Source: a virus (taxonomy: Duplodnaviria; Caudoviricetes). From it: a stretch of 46,788 nucleotides of DNA. Positions 37,422 through 46,786 of this stretch are shown in pieces. The number at the start of each line of letters is the position of its first letter. The stretch's first letter is position 1. Position numbers and translations under genes: made by a program. The notes below the pieces were generated by a model that worked only from the letters and a program-made list of their open reading frames with translations, was not told the DNA's origin and made no database searches. The DNA lies in the IMG/VR virus record IMGVR_UViG_3300029822_000018, positions 1 to 46,788 of that record, one strand, 5' to 3'.

Positions 37422-38770
37422 GATCTCATCTCCTCACTAACAGGTTGGTTCTCAGTTTCCGAAAAAACCTCGCCGTCTTCAATGAAAATCTCGACAGCGC
37501 CACGGTCTGAAGTGACCCGGGTCCCGATGATTTGGATTTCATTCTCCACTGCCCACCGATTGAGTTCGCGAATTGAATCCTCATCCAAAGATTCGAGACC
37601 ATCGCAGAGCAGGATCCTGCACTCGGGGGTGATAGCAGCCTGAATCGCAGCAGCAACCCTGATCCGCTCAGCCCCGCTCATACAATCCCACCGCCGATCC
37701 TCAAACAGGATGTCCATGCCATCTTGTGAAAGCCCCATACCTTCGAGTGGCCATGGTAGGCTCTTGACGTACTGCTCCTTTTGGGCTCGCAGGGTGGCCA
37801 ACTTCCGATCCAGATTGAGGACATCCAGATTGAGGCAGTCAACCTCGCTCTGTACCTGCTCAATTCTTTCAAGATCAGCCTTCGCCGCCTTCTGGCCTGC
37901 AATTGCGTCATGCGCCGCAGACAGGTCAGAACGCAGGCCGAGGAGACGTTGGTTCAGCTCATCCTCGGTCAAAAGACCGCAGCTGATTCCAGCGTGCTCA
38001 ATGCCCCGGTCGACCTCTTCCAGCGCCTCGCGCTTGGCTTCAAGCCGCAGCTCCAGGTCTGCGATTTCGTCCTGTAGGATTGACTTTCGGCTCAGGAGAT
38101 CGGCCTCGCGTTGCCTGGCCAGTTTGATCTTGCTGACCCGCTCAATACACTCATTGATTTCAGCAGAGAGCCTATTCTCGGCATCTTCGGCACGCTTGAT
38201 CTTATCATCAAGCTCGGTCTCGGTAATTCCAGGCATCCCGCTGCGCATTTCCCTGAGGACCTTGTCCCGAGCGTCCAGTGTACGCTTGGCGACACGCCTC
38301 TCCTCATACACGTCCTTGATCTCTTGATCGATCCCAGCCAGGCCCTCGGCGCCGATAGTCCTAAGGATGATGTCCCGCCGCTCTCGGTCCGACGCGTGGA
38401 GGATTGCTCCTACATCCAGGGATTGTTTCCCGAACATCGCATCCAGGACGCTCTGCGGGGTGCCGTCGACTGGACCGCCTTCAACCCGTATGGTGCGCTT
38501 TACCGTTCCGTCACGCCCGGTTTTGAGGACCATCTCGACCTTTGCACCATTATCCAAGGTTATCGATGCAATCCCATCCTCAGCACCCTCACGAAGTGGG
38601 TCCGATGGAAGGGCCGATGCCCCTTTTACCAAGGCGAGAATGGTATCCAGGACCGTGGTCTTGCCTTGACCGTTGCGCCCACCGATGGAGGTCACCCCGT
38701 CGGGCTTAGGTTGGATCGTTGCCGCCTTAAGGCGCTTGACATTTTCCGCTTCAAATACGATAATCTTCAT
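37418..38770 (-). CDS. SMC/SbcC-like ATPase
   Basis: ENVKRLKA, GRNGQGKT, long coiled coil, MSGAE signature, LLCDGLE.LD. Alternative start at 38845. Confidence 0.88.
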   Translation of the reverse strand: MKIIVFEAENVKRLKAATIQPKPDGVTSIGGRNGQGKTTVLDTILALVKGASALPSDPLREGAEDGIASITLDNGAKVEMVLKTGRDGTVKRTIRVEGGPVDGTPQSVLDAMFGKQSLDVGAILHASDRERRDIILRTIGAEGLAGIDQEIKDVYEERRVAKRTLDARDKVLREMRSGMPGITETELDDKIKRAEDAENRLSAEINECIERVSKIKLARQREADLLSRKSILQDEIADLELRLEAKREALEEVDRGIEHAGISCGLLTEDELNQRLLGLRSDLSAAHDAIAGQKAAKADLERIEQVQSEVDCLNLDVLNLDRKLATLRAQKEQYVKSLPWPLEGMGLSQDGMDILFEDRRWDCMSGAERIRVAAAIQAAITPECRILLCDGLESLDEDSIRELNRWAVENEIQIIGTRVTSDRGAVEIFIEDGEVFSETENQPVSEEMRS

Positions 38771-38828
38771 GCTCGCGCGTCTCCATTCATTGCCCGCCTC
38801 TGGCCCCCTTCTGGGGGCCTTCTCATTT

Positions 38829-39128
38829 TCAGTTCTCGTTTTCATCCCGGCCTTCCTCAAGCCAGGTGTCTATCATCCACCAGCCGTTCTCACTGGTTCG
38901 AAATGCCCCCTTGATCTTGCCCAACTCACAGAGGGATCGTACCCGGTCGGGGGTGGCTCCGATGACCTCCGCGTATTGCGTGGTCGTCATAAACCGCTCG
39001 TCCCGGTATGGTCTGTCCTGTGCGACCTTCAGCAGCTCGTTGACCATCCTTTGGGCCCCGGGCTGATATTTGGCTGGCCAAGCGGCCGCGGACTCAGCCA
39101 CCCTCTTGATCGCTTCTTTGATCTGCAT
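38829..39128 (-). CDS. Excisionase/MerR-like HTH DNA-binding protein
   Basis: FMTT.Q.AE.IG.TP.RVR.LC..GKI.GA......W.I; AGGAGG RBS. Confidence 0.75.
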   Translation of the reverse strand: MQIKEAIKRVAESAAAWPAKYQPGAQRMVNELLKVAQDRPYRDERFMTTTQYAEVIGATPDRVRSLCELGKIKGAFRTSENGWWMIDTWLEEGRDENEN

Positions 39129-39193
39129 CGCGCCTCCTAATCTGGAAGTTTTCCCCACTAATATGGAAGTTATGCCGTTTTCATTGGAGATAG

Positions 39194-39394
39194 TCAAGGG
39201 CGTGTTCCGTCCGCGTACAGATAGGGGATGGGCCGTTGCTTCCCGGACCGTAGGACCTCCACGGCCTGGTCGATCCCATTGATCGTCTTCACGAGCCGGT
39301 ATCGGCCCGCCGCTGGCTGGCCCTCGTACAGGAACCAGCCGTATGACTCCAGCCGCTTGATCGTTTCGCGCTGTTTCGGGGTGTATGCGCTCAT
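39194..39394 (-). CDS. Small early hypothetical protein
   Basis: GGAGG RBS, ATGA overlap. Confidence 0.65.
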   Translation of the reverse strand: MSAYTPKQRETIKRLESYGWFLYEGQPAAGRYRLVKTINGIDQAVEVLRSGKQRPIPYLYADGTRP

Positions 39395-39633
39395 CGGATA
39401 TCCCTCCACTTGGGCAGCTGCTCCCAGGCCCGCTCCATCTCGCGTTTATAGAAGAGCTCATCCCTCGCCTTGTCCATCTCGTCCATGGCCTCCATGTACC
39501 GCGCCCTGATCAGGCGGAATTTACGCTGGAATCCATCCATCTCGGTGAGAGTCCGCTCGTACTGTTCACGGTACACTCCCGCAATTTCCTTGGCCTTTGC
39601 AACCCTCTCTTCGAGGTCTTTGATTGTGCTCAT
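39391..39633 (-). CDS. Small coiled-coil early protein
   Basis: GGAGGTG RBS. Confidence 0.7.
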   Translation of the reverse strand: MSTIKDLEERVAKAKEIAGVYREQYERTLTEMDGFQRKFRLIRARYMEAMDEMDKARDELFYKREMERAWEQLPKWRDIR

Positions 39634-39645
39634 TCTTCACCTCCA

Positions 39646-39670
39646 ATAAAAAGGGCGCCCGAAGGCGCCC
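39646..39670 (-). terminator. Rho-independent terminator
   Basis: GGGCGCC-UUCG-GGCGCCC followed by UUUUUAUU. Confidence 0.8.
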
Positions 39671-39682
39671 GTGGGTTGTTGT

Positions 39683-40153
39683 CTATAAATCTCCAACGGC
39701 ATACTCCATCAGCCACTCGTCCGTGCATCCGTCAAGGGCGGCGCTCGGATGGATATCGCCGTCGCTATCGCCGAAAAGATTGCCTGCCCATTCCGGTGGA
39801 TTGTCTGCCACTAGCACGACCCATGGGGCCATCCAATGATCCGTCAACCCGCTCTGGAGAGCCCATCGACCGGTGCTACGGTCGAACGCGACTATCGGAT
39901 TCGCGAGGCGATGGTGCCCCTCGGAGATTTCCCGCAGCACGCCACTAAGGCTCTCCCTATCAGGCTCCGCAGCCTCGATCTCGCACCAGATCAGGGTCTG
40001 GTCCTCAGCCGCGATTTCCCTGGCTCGCTCTTCGGTGATGTCTTCCGCCGCAGGATCGATCGGAGTATTGTAGTTGCAGAGTACTACGCTCTCGTCCTGA
40101 TATTTCGCCTCGATCGCATCCCAGCCCGTCAATGTGATTTCGCTCGCTGTCAT
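39683..40153 (-). CDS. First early gene, acidic hypothetical protein
   Basis: GGAGGATAGGACA-ATG; directly 3' of the hammerhead. Confidence 0.75.
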   Translation of the reverse strand: MTASEITLTGWDAIEAKYQDESVVLCNYNTPIDPAAEDITEERAREIAAEDQTLIWCEIEAAEPDRESLSGVLREISEGHHRLANPIVAFDRSTGRWALQSGLTDHWMAPWVVLVADNPPEWAGNLFGDSDGDIHPSAALDGCTDEWLMEYAVGDL

Positions 40154-40173
40154 TGTCCTATCCTCCAAAGTTA

Positions 40174-40226
40174 GCGTTTCGGTCCTCTATAAACCATCAT
40201 CAGTGAGGCAGTCCAGCCTCAGACGC
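40174..40226 (-). ncRNA. Type III hammerhead ribozyme
   Basis: GCGUC^UGAGGC-UGGACU-GCCUCA-CUGAUGA-U-GGUUU-AUAGA-GGACC-GAAACGC: full catalytic core, three stems, GUC cleavage triplet. Confidence 0.88.
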
Positions 40227-40378
40227 CCCGGAGCTTTGAGGTTGCTAGGTCATCGCCCTACCGGCTCGCTAGGTCTCGCTCCATCGCCTGAGTTTTTCGG
40301 GCCAAGCCGGTTGCCGTAGCCGCCGGTTACCTCAGGTGCCGTAGTAGGTTGTCAATGATCTTTCTCTATCTTGGTTCT

Positions 40379-40407
40379 ATACTACTTCAGTTTTGATCCG
40401 AAGTAAA
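40379..40407 (-). promoter_or_regulatory. Sigma70-like early promoter
   Basis: TTTACT-17 bp-TAGTAT with an upstream AT-rich tract; boxA-like GATCATTGACAA downstream. Confidence 0.6.
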
Positions 40408-40483
40408 GCGGAAAAGTAGAAAAAGTTGGAAAAAGTTCCCAGGTACGGCTGAAACCTTGGATTCACTAGGGTTCGAGGGCGGA

Positions 40484-40511
40484 TTGATTCCCAGTCAGAA
40501 TAGGGTAGACT
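40484..40511 (+). promoter_or_regulatory. Putative promoter of the repressor gene
   Basis: TTGATT-16 bp-TAGACT just before the XRE start. Confidence 0.45.
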
Positions 40512-40520
40512 GAAGCCGGA

Positions 40521-40838
40521 ATGGAAAAAACAGATATGAACCTGCTGAAACTACGACGAATGATGGGTCTTCCGGTCAACCAGTTGTCGAAGATGGCCGG
40601 GGTCAGTAGTGCGACCATCGCCAAGATCGAGCGAGGAGATAAGGTCCGCGTGCACGCCATCCGCAGGCTCGCCGAGGCCCTCGAATGCCAGCCGTCCGAC
40701 ATCGACCCGGACCTGGAGCCAGACCCGCCCGCTGACCCGCACCTCGCCCTATTGGTGGAGCGGTGGGTCGATCTCTCTTACACGACCCGCGGCCAGATCA
40801 TGGACATGGTCGAGCGGGAGCTTGGGGAGGAGCGATGA
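40521..40838 (+). CDS. XRE-family HTH repressor (cI-like)
   Basis: LR...GL...QLS..AGVS..TI.KIERG......I.RLAEAL; divergent from the early operon. Confidence 0.9.
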   Translation: MEKTDMNLLKLRRMMGLPVNQLSKMAGVSSATIAKIERGDKVRVHAIRRLAEALECQPSDIDPDLEPDPPADPHLALLVERWVDLSYTTRGQIMDMVERELGEER

Positions 40839-40865
40839 TCACCGGCAATGAATTCCAGGATGAAA

Positions 40866-42563
40866 TCAGAGCGCAGTGACCGATAGCCCGAGCTTGGCCC
40901 CGAAATAGGCGTGTACCTTGTTCAGTTCCGCATCGGTGAGCGCCCGAGGCACCCCGACCAACCCGAAGAAGTCGAACCGGCCCCAGCTGCCGGACCTGTC
41001 CGTATTGGAGCCAATACAAACCGCGTCAGAGGTCAATGCTGTCCTGCGATAGGCTGGAGGATCAGAGACGATCGAGACGCCGTTCCTGTACACCTGGACC
41101 CCGTCCTGGGTCGACAATCGGAAGGTCAGGACCTGCCAGCCAAGCGCTGGGGTCGAGACCTCCTTCCACGCAGCATCGGCATCGAGGATTCCGAGCTTTC
41201 CCGCGTTGATCTGGTGCCCCAGGATGAGCGTGGTTGAGCCGAGGAGATAGTTCCAGCCGCCCGTGATGAGGTCCGGCTCGAAGGCGAAGACCCAGGTCCA
41301 GTCGCATGGGTCATGGGCCAGCGAGAAAAACCTGAATGACCGCCAAGGGGCGATGCGGACCACGGGGTGACCATTGATGACGTTGGCGTAATAGGTGGGC
41401 GTGGCGGTGTCGTAGTGGTTGATTTTCGGATCGCGCCGATTGGCCATGCCGCCCGACAGATCAAACCAGGTATCCCAGAGCCTCTCTCCGTCCGTGATGG
41501 GATCGATCCAGTCCGCCTCAAGCCAAACGTGGACGTCCGGAATCGAGGAGGGCCCGTCCGAATAGTCGGCCATCGCCCCGGCCTGGATACTGACCACGCT
41601 CTCGCGCGTCCATGGCTGCCCGGTAGCCGGGTCGGTCGAAAACACCATTGACGTGCCGCCCGCCGTAGTGGGTGTGATCGGACCAGCCGTGGAAAGTTCC
41701 ATCTCTCCTGCCCGGTAGGTGGAAGGATAACTCAGAGCCAATGGCCGGACTGCGTCGACGATATTATCGCCGGTCCCAGCCTCCTCCGGAGATACCAGGA
41801 CTCTCAGGGCGTCGATACTCCTCATGGTAGCCGTCGGATCAGCGATGCGTACGAACTCCATCCGCCCAGTGGCGGTGGTTGATACGTAGTCCGCATGATC
41901 AGGAGGGACCTCGTCCAGGTCCTCAAAGGCGGCACCGGCGCCAGAATTGGCCCACTGCTCACGATCCCCGGCCGCTTTGGGCTCCAGCCCTATGATGATC
42001 CGATCCGCCGGCCGCTCAGAATCATCCAGGACCAGGTCGTCATAATAGCCCCAGCTCTCCAGGGACAAGGCCGTGATGACAGAGCCGGAGGACACAGAGA
42101 GCGTAACCTCCCGCCCGTGGGTGCTCGATGCGGGATAGAACGTCAGCTTCGGGGACCCACTCAGATCGATGTCAAAGACAAGCCGCTGGGCGTGGATCGC
42201 CGAGGACCCGACCCCTAGGGATGTGATGTGGGCCGCCGCGTCTCGAACTTGTAGGCTGCCGAGGTAGTCGGTCTCGATCCGCAGCAGCTCAGACGATCCA
42301 TTCCAGAGACGCGCCACGATCTCGGATGTCAGATGAGCGCCTGCCGAGGTAGATGCCTGCCAGCGGAAGGCGAACCAAAGCCGTTTGCGCCAGGAGCCAG
42401 GAATCGCATAGGTAAAGGAGCCCAGCGTCCCATTGTAAACAGCACGCCCCGCATTGGGAAACCATGGAGGACCTCCCTGGGCGTCTATTGTGGCAGGGGT
42501 GCCGGTGCAAGAGTAGTCCCGTAAACTGCCGCTTTCGAATCCGTCGATGTGTATTCTCGCCAT
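40866..42563 (-). CDS. Tail fibre/receptor-binding protein with C-terminal LamG-like domain
   Basis: DGFESG, YYDDL, DP.TGQPWT; C-terminal WLEAD..W.DLSG..ING.P...VYRNG...ALT..E...V..Y...K. Confidence 0.7.
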   Translation of the reverse strand: MARIHIDGFESGSLRDYSCTGTPATIDAQGGPPWFPNAGRAVYNGTLGSFTYAIPGSWRKRLWFAFRWQASTSAGAHLTSEIVARLWNGSSELLRIETDYLGSLQVRDAAAHITSLGVGSSAIHAQRLVFDIDLSGSPKLTFYPASSTHGREVTLSVSSGSVITALSLESWGYYDDLVLDDSERPADRIIIGLEPKAAGDREQWANSGAGAAFEDLDEVPPDHADYVSTTATGRMEFVRIADPTATMRSIDALRVLVSPEEAGTGDNIVDAVRPLALSYPSTYRAGEMELSTAGPITPTTAGGTSMVFSTDPATGQPWTRESVVSIQAGAMADYSDGPSSIPDVHVWLEADWIDPITDGERLWDTWFDLSGGMANRRDPKINHYDTATPTYYANVINGHPVVRIAPWRSFRFFSLAHDPCDWTWVFAFEPDLITGGWNYLLGSTTLILGHQINAGKLGILDADAAWKEVSTPALGWQVLTFRLSTQDGVQVYRNGVSIVSDPPAYRRTALTSDAVCIGSNTDRSGSWGRFDFFGLVGVPRALTDAELNKVHAYFGAKLGLSVTAL

Positions 42564-42937
42564 TGGCGCATCTCCTGCCGGATGGTTTTTTCGGTCTCTC
42601 GGATCGCCTCTAAAATGTCAGATCGCATCCGCGCAAGCTCCTCCCTGAACTCCTTCGATATTTCCCGATCCCGCTCCTTCAGAAAATCCTCGCCGAGCCT
42701 AATCCGTTCTTCCAGCTGGTCCAGATCCTGACCGCGAACCCATAAAAGAGTTGTGACCCCCGCCTTCGCCGTACCCCACCCAAGCCCGATAACGACCACC
42801 GACAGCTTCGCCCAGAACATGATGATGGTACGCCGGCTCGGAGAGAGGAATCCACCATCCCGCTCTGGCTGGCCCTTGCCCTCACCCTCCTCTTGCTTCT
42901 CCCTGCTGGCCTTCATCGCCGGATGGTAAATATCCAT
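42485..42937 (-). CDS. Membrane/coiled-coil protein (holin-like candidate)
   Basis: Hydrophobic segment followed by a charged coiled coil; overlaps the next gene. Confidence 0.45.
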   Translation of the reverse strand: MDIYHPAMKASREKQEEGEGKGQPERDGGFLSPSRRTIIMFWAKLSVVVIGLGWGTAKAGVTTLLWVRGQDLDQLEERIRLGEDFLKERDREISKEFREELARMRSDILEAIRETEKTIRQEMRQWREYTSTDSKAAVYGTTLAPAPLPQ

Positions 42938-42943
42938 TTCCCG

Positions 42944-45067
42944 TCACCCCCCTACGGCTGGAATTGATAGGTTCACGTCGACCGTTGCTCCATTGGCTGT
43001 CAGTGTGTATGCTCTACTATAATGCCCTGTCCCACTGATAGAAAGGCGACCAAATCCGTCAAGCCGGATGTTGCGGATACGGACAGGCACCCCGTCAATC
43101 GAGACCAGGTCTGTTGGCTCGATCGCTAGAAGCCGCGCATCCGCCCGCGCCGAGTATGAACGCCGCTCGGTCAGAGAGATCGCGTGGAGCCTCAGGGCGA
43201 TGGAGCGGAACGTGTCTGAGTCGCCCACGATCGGGAAATTGTAGGAGGTAGAACTCGACCCGCTCACCCCAAACAGAGAGGACCGAGCCTCGCCCATTTC
43301 CTGGTTCCGGTCATCCTCCACGAAGCCCACGTCCACAGTATTGGGTAGGAGTTCATCGGTAGTCGCCGAGATGCTGACCAGGGCCCCAGGTGCCGTACCG
43401 AATGGGCGGACATCCAAAAGCTCTGGGTCGATCTCTATCGCAATGGTCCGGTCCGCCACACTGCGGAAGATCAAGACCCCATCGGGATCCTCCAGGACCT
43501 CGAACTGGTAAGCCAGCCGGAGAGGATCGAGCACGCCCTGGGCCGTGGACCGCGCGTTGACGAAATAGCCGCCGATCTCCTGATCAAGCTCAGAGACGTC
43601 CACAACGGTCTCCGGGGAGACCATCTCTACGATCCGCTCGACCACATCGCCGGAGGTTTGGGATATCTCTTCAACGACCGCCTCCAACCTCGGGACGTGA
43701 TTGCCGTATTTTTCCAGCGGGAGGTCCGAGACGGCAATGGTCACTGCGCCGACATACGCAGGGGTCCAATCCTCACCCCAGGGGTGGTTCGCCTTCAGGA
43801 TCCCGGGGACGGCCTGGTCATCCTCGCCGAGGTTGACCTCGAAATCGACCGGATCCTCCTCACCCGTGGCCCCAACGCCATTGGAGACATTGACAGACCC
43901 AACGACCAAAACAGCGCCCGGTGTTGAGAGGTTAGATACCCGCAACTCAATCGCGCCGGCGGAAGCGGGGGTCCAGGTGGTCTGGATCGTGGTCCACTTG
44001 CCACCTCCTGGGCAGCGCAGCCAGGGGAGCGTGGTGGATCCAACCTTTACCTGAACCTGGGTCCAGATGCTCGACCGGCAGCGGATGGTGATTCGGTGCT
44101 GAACCCCAGCCGATGCAATGGTGATATTCTGATAGACGCCAGCGCCGTAAGCAAGCCCTGCCGCAGCGACCGCGCCAGTCAATTCTGGGTCAAGGTAGGT
44201 CTCGATCTTGGTCACCGTGCCCGAAGTCGTCCAGCTGTCAGGGACCGATCCCGTCCAGGCCAGGAATGATGGGTCCGTAGTGATCGTGTTTGCCGCGTCG
44301 CTGGTCCTGTCGTAGACCAGTTTATTGTCGAGGTAGATCTGCCTGACTGCGGTGATCCGGTTGGCGTCGTTTCGGCAAAGCTCCCACATGGCCGTAAGGT
44401 AGTACTTCCAGGTCGTGACCGTCACGTGACCGTCCGCTTCCGTAGACACGTCCTTCAGATCGCGCATCCCACGGGACCAGATCAGTTCCGCAGCCAGCCG
44501 CTTATTGCCGAAGACCTCTGGGCGGACCCTGCCGAAGGCTGAAGACTGGACCGACAGGTCTCCAAGCCGCTGGCCATCCATAGAGGTATGATCGAGCATG
44601 CCAGGCATCGAGAAGCCGCCGCCGCCCCCTCCGCCAAACTCGAAAGGGAAGTCGTTGAGATTGCCACGGTTTTGATTCTGCTGCTCAGCGAGCCAGGAGT
44701 TGTAGCGGTTGACGATTTTCTGGTTGGCCAGGCCACCCGCAAGACCACCAATAGATGCACCTACCGCTGTGGCCACTGATGCTGCCGTAGTCCCAGCCGC
44801 CGCTCCAAAGAAGCCTCCGATCGCAGGGCCAAGAAGAGCCGCTCCAGCAATCATCCCAGCAACCTGAAACAATGCCCCGCCATATTTCGCGAACGACTCC
44901 GAAGGCTGCCATGGTTTGGTGGGCGTGCTAAGCCGGATGCCGCTCTTGCTCTGGTAGCCCTCCAGAAACGAGCGCTCCTGCTGGGTGAGATTATCCCATC
45001 CGACCTCCCGCGATTTCGCGGCAAGTCGAAGCATCGCGTTGCGTTGCAGGTCAGGAAAAAATGACAT
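42944..45067 (-). CDS. Tail tip/central fibre protein (GTA host-specificity-like) with carbohydrate-binding insertion
   Basis: G.RL.DL.VQSS..G...PEVFG..RL...LIW, G.D.Q, PAY.G, L..YGN..P. Confidence 0.82.
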   Translation of the reverse strand: MSFFPDLQRNAMLRLAAKSREVGWDNLTQQERSFLEGYQSKSGIRLSTPTKPWQPSESFAKYGGALFQVAGMIAGAALLGPAIGGFFGAAAGTTAASVATAVGASIGGLAGGLANQKIVNRYNSWLAEQQNQNRGNLNDFPFEFGGGGGGGFSMPGMLDHTSMDGQRLGDLSVQSSAFGRVRPEVFGNKRLAAELIWSRGMRDLKDVSTEADGHVTVTTWKYYLTAMWELCRNDANRITAVRQIYLDNKLVYDRTSDAANTITTDPSFLAWTGSVPDSWTTSGTVTKIETYLDPELTGAVAAAGLAYGAGVYQNITIASAGVQHRITIRCRSSIWTQVQVKVGSTTLPWLRCPGGGKWTTIQTTWTPASAGAIELRVSNLSTPGAVLVVGSVNVSNGVGATGEEDPVDFEVNLGEDDQAVPGILKANHPWGEDWTPAYVGAVTIAVSDLPLEKYGNHVPRLEAVVEEISQTSGDVVERIVEMVSPETVVDVSELDQEIGGYFVNARSTAQGVLDPLRLAYQFEVLEDPDGVLIFRSVADRTIAIEIDPELLDVRPFGTAPGALVSISATTDELLPNTVDVGFVEDDRNQEMGEARSSLFGVSGSSSTSYNFPIVGDSDTFRSIALRLHAISLTERRSYSARADARLLAIEPTDLVSIDGVPVRIRNIRLDGFGRLSISGTGHYSRAYTLTANGATVDVNLSIPAVGG

Positions 45068-45079
45068 GGCTTGGCCTCA

Positions 45080-46720
45080 TCAGGTTACCTTTACATCCGT
45101 GGGTCGTTTATCTGGATAGGCATTGAGCGCATCCCAACCGGGAAGATCGGGATACCCGCGAAAACGCCGAAGGTTGTTGAATTTCTTCTTGCAGGTCTGC
45201 CGCCTGCCATCGCAGCCCGCGTAGATAAACCCAGAATCCCCAGGATTGACAGGATAAGGTGGAGGGACCGCAAGCCCGATGATGGCGCCGGTGCCGCCGT
45301 CCGATTCCTGCGAATAGACGTCCGATGTAAGGCCGGCATTTCGTCCAGTGGCCCACTCAATCTTCCCATGCGCCCAGTATTCGCTCGGGGTGTAGGACGC
45401 GTCGATTTCCAGGGTGGCCGATACCGTTTCCGCGACCGGGTCCTTCTTCCCCTCGGTCAGACCCACAACGAAGATCCGTTTGCCGTCATCCTGCGAATTG
45501 ACCACCCGCCAGAGCCCGTCATTGTTGGCCGTCCCGGAAACCGTGACCACCTGCCCGATCTGAAACCCTTCAGAAACCAGATCGACCGTGGCCGATACGA
45601 TGGAGCCCTTCAGCTCTTCAGGGGAGGTCTCAGGGACCTTGAACTCTACCGATCCGGTCCAGGTTCTAACAATCGTGGCCCCGTCCTCATGATCGCGCCA
45701 GATAGCAATCCGGAAGGTGCCCTCCTCAGCGGTCAGCCAGTAACGATTGGCGATGTACCGCTCGACCAGGTCGGTCTCCGACACGCTCAAGGTGCGCTTA
45801 AATACGATGATCTCAGACAAGAGCCCAGCATCCCCTGTTGCCGTCCGGATCTCGCCCGCGTACAGATCCGACCAGATCGCCGAAGCCGGAACCGCCATCG
45901 TATCCCCGACCGTGATGATGGTGTAATCCGACCCCAGGTCAACCCCCGTAGTCAGGCTCAGGAATTGGGTGGACTCAAACGCCATCGTGGGCTGATCATT
46001 GTATCCATCCTCGTCAAAAGTTGGAGCGGTCGCGGAAACGCCGGTGGCATGGTTCAAGCTCGCGCTTCGATCTGACAGCGACAGCACCTTGGCCCCGTCC
46101 GCGATGTAGCCCTCCAGATCCGCAGCGCAAAGCCAAAGGTCCGGCCCCATCGCTGCAATAGTAGCCTCCCCGACCGATTCCACCGTAAAAACCGCCTTGA
46201 TCGGATCGCCCAGGGCATCGTTGCCGTCCAGGTTGACCCCGCACCGCCCATCCCCAAGCCGGGCCGCGCAGAAGGGGCTGTATACCTCACCGATGGATCG
46301 CTGGAGGACAGATTTCCTGCTCTCCAGCCGAAACTCCCAGGCCGCCTCCTCGTGATCGACCTGGACCACGCTCCCGCGCATCAGGACCATAAATACCTCG
46401 GGATTGAGCCAGTCGACCTGGTAGAGGGTCACGCTCGCATTGTCGAAGGCCCCAACGCGCAGGTCCTCTTCCGTAATCAGGACGCCATCCGCAATCCCTG
46501 CAATCGATGCTGTGTCGGGCGACATATCACCTGATCTACTCAGGGGCTCGACCAGCACGCCATTCTCCGCCCGGTAGATCTCGCCGCCAAAGGTCAGATC
46601 CCCATCATGGGTTGAGAGCCGGATGACATCGCCGTTCTTTTTGGCAATGCGGACCAGCACGCAAAGGGTTTGGACCGGCCCGAAGAAGGAGCTTTCCTGC
46701 GCTACCGTAAACGTCCTCAT
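45080..46720 (-). CDS. Baseplate hub protein (DUF2163/BR0599-like) with two inserted domains
   Basis: G....L.THD.DL, I.E.DL..G.FD.A.V, VDW, C.A.LGD.RC.V; C-terminal AGCD....TC..KFNN...FRG.P..PG. Confidence 0.9.
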   Translation of the reverse strand: MRTFTVAQESSFFGPVQTLCVLVRIAKKNGDVIRLSTHDGDLTFGGEIYRAENGVLVEPLSRSGDMSPDTASIAGIADGVLITEEDLRVGAFDNASVTLYQVDWLNPEVFMVLMRGSVVQVDHEEAAWEFRLESRKSVLQRSIGEVYSPFCAARLGDGRCGVNLDGNDALGDPIKAVFTVESVGEATIAAMGPDLWLCAADLEGYIADGAKVLSLSDRSASLNHATGVSATAPTFDEDGYNDQPTMAFESTQFLSLTTGVDLGSDYTIITVGDTMAVPASAIWSDLYAGEIRTATGDAGLLSEIIVFKRTLSVSETDLVERYIANRYWLTAEEGTFRIAIWRDHEDGATIVRTWTGSVEFKVPETSPEELKGSIVSATVDLVSEGFQIGQVVTVSGTANNDGLWRVVNSQDDGKRIFVVGLTEGKKDPVAETVSATLEIDASYTPSEYWAHGKIEWATGRNAGLTSDVYSQESDGGTGAIIGLAVPPPYPVNPGDSGFIYAGCDGRRQTCKKKFNNLRRFRGYPDLPGWDALNAYPDKRPTDVKVT

Positions 46721-46786
46721 CGGACCACCTCCTGGAGTTGGATCTCATCCACCCGCGCAAGACCTCCAGGCTCAAGCCCCAGGCCG
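46689..46786. repeat. Terminal direct repeat, copy 2
   Basis: Identical to 1-98; the last 2 bases of the window diverge. Confidence 0.95.

Noticed and set aside
45071-46075. Long plus-strand ORFs (also 38111-38914, 15901-16605 and others)
   Set aside because: Antisense shadows of GC-rich minus-strand genes with no recognisable motifs.
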